In this document: piece after piece, positions 22,550 through 28,196 of the stretch | Layout of the letters: the number at the start of each line of letters is the position of its first letter | Numbering within the stretch: the stretch's first letter is position 1 | From: Catajapyx aquilonaris | Taxonomy: Eukaryota | Length of the DNA stretch: 28,196 bases | Direction of reading: 5' to 3' | Assembly: GCA_000934665.2 (NCBI GenBank) | Contig: KZ538261.1 | Coordinates: forward strand, 62,001-90,196 | Translations under genes and position numbers: made by a program | Notes under the pieces: model-generated | What the model saw: the letters and a program-made list of their open reading frames with translations, nothing else | Database searches by the model: none | What the model was told of the DNA's origin: nothing

Positions 22550-23640
22550 AGTCACCTACAGAGAAAGAAGTGGGTGCAAAATGAGCCTCCTAAACTCGGC
22601 CCATTTCACCCTCAGCCCCCTTAACCACTTCAAGAAATATAACAAGCGGGTGTTGAAACCGTGTTCACCAGGTCGAGCCTAACTTCCTCTTTTTAAAAAA
22701 ATATGGACGTTTGAAAAAGGGAGAAGAGAGATCTCCCAAGCGCCCTGCAGTCGCCTTGAAAACGCGGACACCAATAACTATGCTATTCATGAATCTCAAT
22801 CTTGAAGGAAAAAAATATATATAAAAAAGCCAATGGATCGATATTGGGAATCAGCCAATTTAGAGCCCCCTTCTTGCAAGAGCCGGATTCATGGTGGAGA
22901 GGCAGCCACAAGCTAAAAACAGGAGGCTTTTTCCCCTGCTTTTCTTCGAAGGAGGACGCATAAAAAGGAGCTCTGTATATGCCCATCTCCTTTCTTTTTT
23001 TCCCCCTTTTCCTCCCACCAGTTTTCCCTTTAAAATATCGAAAGGGTTTTGGGAGAGAGAAGGGATAAAAAGAACAGCCGCCGCTGTTGGGTGGAGAGGG
23101 TGGGGCTTTTTTCTCTCGAAATTTGGCTCCCGAGATGAAAGTGTTCATCTTTGCTGGCGAGGCGAAATGAAGCGGGTACAGAACCAGATTAAAGCCTGGT
23201 GGTCCTTCACCTGAGTCAATTCTAGGGAGGTCAAAGGTCAGTGGCCTGATCCGGATACAGGGTGTTCCGGAAACAGTCACAAAGTACTAAGCACTGTATG
23301 CATATTGTGACGTGAGGGCAGCCTGACATAAAACTAGGCCTAGCTCCACATGGAACTAGGCCTAGCCCGGACACCTTTGTTTCACTCACCCAATAAAGGA
23401 GACAGTTTCCGTATAAAACTGCTTCATTACAGTCAAAATTACAGGAGCACAATATATGTCCGGTTCTTGCTGCTGCATGGTGGGTCGATGTTGAAACGTT
23501 TACTCCGAATTTGTCCAGAGAGCGTCCGGAGAAAACTTCCTCTTCACGATATTCAAACTCTAGCTCTGCCTTTGCTTGAAAGGGGAATCTAATATCCCTA
23601 CTTGTGCTCGAATGAAGGACTGACTCGGAATAGGATGAAT
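22550..23640 (-). pseudogene. Decayed ankyrin-repeat gene
   Basis: Recurrent TPLH-like motifs: ESVLHSS (~23620), DKFG..STHHAAARTGH (~23515-23455), SGH*PL (~23245), HPLHPTAAA (~23100) and PLHH...KKGALNWLIPNIDP (~22900-22835). Spacings are irregular rather than exact multiples of 99 nt. Confidence 0.4.
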
Positions 23641-24179
23641 TGAAAACATGGGGGCCGGCTTATACAGAAGTCTATAGGCCAATTCGGAAGTGCCCGGGTC
23701 AGCTTCTCCACAGATCAATATGTATGGCTACAGTTTCAGGACATGTTCTTACAACACTGTATAACGGTTTCTTTAATAAGTAATTAGGCCTCATGATTGC
23801 CGCAACAAAGTCGTGCGGTTTATGTACGAAATGTGTTACGACTTACGACCCGGAATTACTCAAGTGCCAGGGGAGCTGTAGTTGATTTCCTCACTTTAAC
23901 TAAAGGAAGGAGAAATGATAGATCACATCAACGTATAGACTAACGTTCCAAAAACATGCATTACTCAGTACCAGATTCATAGTAAAAAAAACCGATTCAT
24001 TTCTAACAGTCCGTTGGCCATTCAGTTACATCGTTTGGTTGGCTAGTCGATAATGTGAGGGGGGAAAAACCTGTACTTTAGACACTGTATACGACCAGGA
24101 CTCATTTCGGCAGCTACTTTGCACAAGAGTGTGTTTAAAGCACGAAAATAAACTACCTTGCAATATTATCGGCAGTGAA

Positions 24180-27100
24180 CGAAGTCTTTAGCCACACTTT
24201 TGCTTGACCGACTGCGGGTCTTTTGGTAACCACTACACTTCCGGAGTGAGATTTACGAGGCCACAACCACTCGTTTATAGCAAGCCGAAACTCGGTTGGT
24301 GCAACAACACAAAAAAAACCTTGCCTGCTTAGCAACAGGATTGCCAGGCAGGCAGTTAAGAGTCATTAAAACATTTGGGGAAGAGTGGCGGGCAACAAAT
24401 CATTTTTAAAGGGCAATGTGAATACCTCCAAAAATTAAAGTTGGCCACTTTTTGAACGATTTTTTTTGCACGTTTTTGTACCACTTAAGGCCCATTGCCA
24501 GAATTGGTTTCACGTATTTTCTCTTGTCAAGTATGTTATATCCCACTTCAGGAGGGGAATAGAAAGAGCATTTCCATTCTTTTCCCCCCAGCTTCAAAGG
24601 GACCGACCATTTCTTTTGATGCAATTTGGTCCCATATTGACCCTAGATGGTGACTTACAATACGTCTTCGGAGGGGAAAACGCCTCTGGGGGGAATCTCC
24701 GGATCAAAATGGCAGGGCTGCTCATGTGTTGGCTCATGTTTAGCCATTATTCAATGAAGGGGCTCAGGAAACGTCTTGGGGGGGCTGGCTCTAACTCAAA
24801 GTGAAGTTTGGGAAGGTCGTCTTCAGTGGAAACACTATAAAACTGAAATGCGTGTATATGCACTAGAGAGCTGGCCCCTCATGTTGATGGATTCACTTGC
24901 GGGCAACGCACGTTCCGACTAGGAATAGGTCCAGTCAGTCCGCGGGAAAGCCCGTGGTTGGAGCTTCCAGCCACTGATGGATGAACCTCTTTGACAGCCA
25001 GGCACCATTAAGGTGAGGAGAGGTCTTCTATAGTCTCCTCCTGGGACTATGGTAAAGGTCAGAAGCGGGCGGCTATAAATGCGAATTCCGTGCAGACCTG
25101 AGGACTAATAGGTTGCGGAAACGCAGAGTCGATGATCCGCGACGGATATTAAATACGTGTAAACACAGAAAGAATGCAGGCTTTTGAGGGATTATCCTGT
25201 CGTAAATGCTGGCACTGGCCGGCCGTGATTGCGCAGACCTGGCGCAAAATGTGACGTTTTTTTTTAAAAAAAAAAAGTGCAAACTAATTCCTGGGTCGCT
25301 AATTACGGTTCAGTAGTATACATTGCGTACACCCATGGGGTCTGCTATAAAGGTATATGTCGTGGGCGGAATATGGCGAGTGCTTACAGTATTCTGTCCA
25401 TATTGGGGGTCATTTACCCTATTATGCTGTTGATATATGCAACGCTTAGCAGATCGCACACAGCAATTATGCCCAATTTGCTGCTGTATAGAGTCATTTT
25501 TATGCACAAAGAGTCATGGGAGAGACAAACATGGTGTATTAAATTTAAAAGGCGACAACCCCGTTTATGTCCGGCTCAAATTTCAATTTAAAATTTTCAA
25601 ACCTCTCACAATATGAAGCAAAAAAGTGGTGTAGAACATGACCACAAGTCACACATGGATATCGATTTATCGATAGAGTGGGCTTGAAAATATTGGTGCC
25701 TTGATGAGGAAAATCAGTTGCCAGTTTTGTAGATACATGTCATTAATCTATGAATAGGCATATCGTTTAAATCGTTATGCAAGTTATTACACAAGCAAAA
25801 TAAATCAATATCTATTACAGTGGAAGCAACATTATTAAATGAAACATTCCCATGATGTTTACATATATACGTAAACCTGGCCTAGGCTGGATCCTGTTAA
25901 CAAAGTTCTCCAGCTGAACACGAAAAAAGACGGTGTACAGTACCATTGTACTAACTAATATTTTGCTTGAGGGCTCAAAACCATACAGCATACGTTGCAC
26001 AAATTATAATGATTATAATATGATGTTCACAATATTATTATTTCAGCCGTATAACAAAATGTGCTTCTGCAACACCACTGCACATATAGCCACATACTAT
26101 CGAATCAGTGCTCATTCTTGCGCACTAGTGCATTGGAAGGATATTCTCTTCCATAGACCTAACCCTTCTTTCAAGAAAGTGTTGTCGGGTAGGTCACTGC
26201 TTCTGGAAACTCATTTCGAGGCGGGCCTCCCTTTTTCTACGGGCTGGCGTCCTCTATTGACAGAAACGTCAACATCAAATTCTAATCCAGTGGCGAGACG
26301 TCTTACGACGGCTATGAATAAATTACTGTCATTCTCCTTATGCCGAGTAGTCTCTCTGACTGGATGCGGAGGAAGTTTGGTCTCCACGGGGGAGTGCTGG
26401 AAAATTCATTACTGCCAAGGTACTACAGCCAAAGCAAAGCAAAGCAACCGACTAACTCTGGTTTTCATCACCGGTATATGGCCTGAAGTTAAAAACCTGG
26501 GTATTTTTTTCGGAAAAATAAGCAGCGTATTTCCAGATTATGTTTGTACAACTGTATTTATACATCCCGCTGCATACACATGCCCGAAACCGCATAAATA
26601 AATCGGAAACTCGCGGTATGATTGTGATGTATTTCATTAAAGAGTCATAAAATATTAGCATTTCATTTCGTTGGTATTGGTCTGCGCTTATTCCTGCAAA
26701 AATATAAGGTCACATGCAAAAAACAAAGTTTCATCTCATATGCAGGCCACCTCAGTATATGAATGTAGCATGCAAAATATTCAAATCAATTGGATAAAAA
26801 TTGTGGACTATGACATATGTGATTACAGTGCTATAAATATTAGCATATAATTTCTGGGTCGCGGTGTGTATATTTGTTTCGCGAAATGTTCCACACTACT
26901 TGGTCCGCACTTCCTGCCAAGTAATCACACCGTGCCAAGTACATGGCGAGGGTTTCCCTAATCTGTTCCTAATCCGAGACTAGGCGCAAGTCTGATGAGC
27001 TTGGCCTCAAAGGGTAAACAGCAAGGCTTTGAGTAAAGGTTTTCTGGGGGGTGGAATGGTGGGGGGGCTCCTCCGCCTTAAGGCGCAGGAAGTGACCCTT

Positions 27101-28196
27101 TGCCAACTGGTTGCACTTTCATTTCATTTAGGATTACCTTGTCATGGCTCCGGGAGTTTATTCCAGCTATTATCATAGATATAAACCGTTACGAGGAGAG
27201 GCTCTACATGCGCAAAACGGCTGGCACGTACTCGTTTCATTTCGGGTTATAAATCACTAAATATGTTTTGATGTCGTTGGACGCACTGCATTTACAGCTG
27301 CGTAAACGTTTATATACGTAAATTGCGTTTGGCGCTTAATTATGAGAATAAAATTGTCTCTACGTATTATAAAAATGGGACTTAAAGCAGCGTGTTCATT
27401 TTCATAATTTAACATAGTAAATAAGCGTTGGCGTGGGTAAATAACGACTGAGCCAGAATAACATTTACTTACTTGGAGTTGTGTGTTTCGAAACCTTAAT
27501 ATTGTAATAATTATGTGTTAATGACTATTGTTGTACATATACTGGTACGTAATAAACTGTATGTACGCTGCTGGAGGCTTCCCTTCCTGCAGGGGGGTAA
27601 ACAACATGTTTTCAAATTATAATAAACAATAACACTGACACAAAATTAAATTGTACACCACAATATCTGCCAATGAGAATTCCCGTTTCTGCCACATATA
27701 ATATCTGAATATATGATAATATCTGCACGTACCCGCATCGTCATTCGCACATTTTTAAAGTACCGTACACTCTCTACCACCCACCAAAAAAAACCCTCCC
27801 ACAGCTAGCCCCCCCTTTATTAAGTCGGCATTGTACAGAGAGCGTTAGCATGCTGCCGAGTAAATACGGGCAATTGCAGCGGGTGCACAAGGAAGCCGTG
27901 GCTTTGGCACTTGCAGCACCAACTCCCCCCCTCCGGATCGATGCCTCCGGAGAGAGGGGGGGAAAGGCACAAAAGGACCACCCCCATGATGCTGTTGTAA
28001 CCGTAGAACCGCCAGAGAACCAAGAGAAAATTTTTGGAACCTTGAAAATAATGCTCTCCATCAGATCTCACAGCGCATAGTGAATCAGAAAATTGCATTC
28101 CACCAAAAACCTTTCTGTAAAAAAGGCCAAGTTCTCCTGACTGCTTGGCCGTAAAAAGTGGTGAGATCTGAAATACGGCCAAGTTCAGCGTCGTTG
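24180..28196 (-). mobile_element. Decayed Ty3/Gypsy LTR-retrotransposon gag-pol (CsRN1-like motif set), 5' end outside the window
   Basis: Collinear motifs. Gag: AVR(D)LM, LRLQQ, RLP, M(A)DLI (~28075-27820). RT: CGTFRETNIHT (CGDYRALN, ~26895-26863), IDL, NTSQSYREF..LCGFGHVYA (NAAQTFQRF..LRGL.FVYA, ~26633-26571), CFG/YLG, RLLG. RNase H: MSTDS/VAICAVVLQ (~26115-26067). Integrase: IHH..LSH (~25539-25516), SVFTRI*YPSRII (~25170-25131), PHLNG...RF, GPFE (~24600), terminal TRSR (~24215). The RT-RH-IN order and ~4 kb span fit Gypsy. Confidence 0.65.

Noticed and set aside
23332..23366. 13-bp direct repeat AACTAGGCCTAGC x2 containing a palindrome
   Set aside because: It is a two-copy micro-duplication with no further copies noticed and no associated structure.
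25933..26601. Longest ORF (222 aa, plus strand) as a real gene
   Set aside because: It has no recognisable domain or ATG start, and it is antisense to the Gypsy RT/RNase H motifs.

Overview
This is eukaryotic, probably animal, DNA. The gene-family content looks demosponge-like, which is an inference. I can support no intact gene, RNA gene or CRISPR array. The supplied ORFs are short fragments or antisense shadows. Reading the minus strand across stops and frameshifts gives a dense, head-to-tail series of heavily decayed, apparently intron-poor relics, all in the same orientation. In reading order (right to left) they are: a Ty3/Gypsy gag-pol, an ankyrin-repeat gene, a possible Crypton-type tyrosine recombinase, a Ras-family GTPase, a near full-length CR1/L2-type LINE, a class A GPCR, a possible PD-(D/E)XK-like gene, a TRAF, a VIT-vWA gene, a TRIM-NHL, a tyrosine kinase domain, a second tyrosine-recombinase-like ORF and a Death-NACHT-LRR (NLR). 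All of these calls are by-eye motif recognition, so boundaries are approximate and need frameshift-aware searches. Directly visible features are a clean 19 x 17-bp minisatellite, an inverted pair of about 79-bp GAGCGAAGCGAG-containing repeats 10.6 kb apart, a diverged 137-bp tandem duplication, and a roughly kilobase-scale alternation of homopolymer-rich and TA/CA/TG-rich sequence. The main candidate system is the unidirectional array itself (retrocopy concatemer or uni-strand small-RNA cluster). A low-quality, chimeric or non-natural sequence is a serious alternative that must be excluded first.
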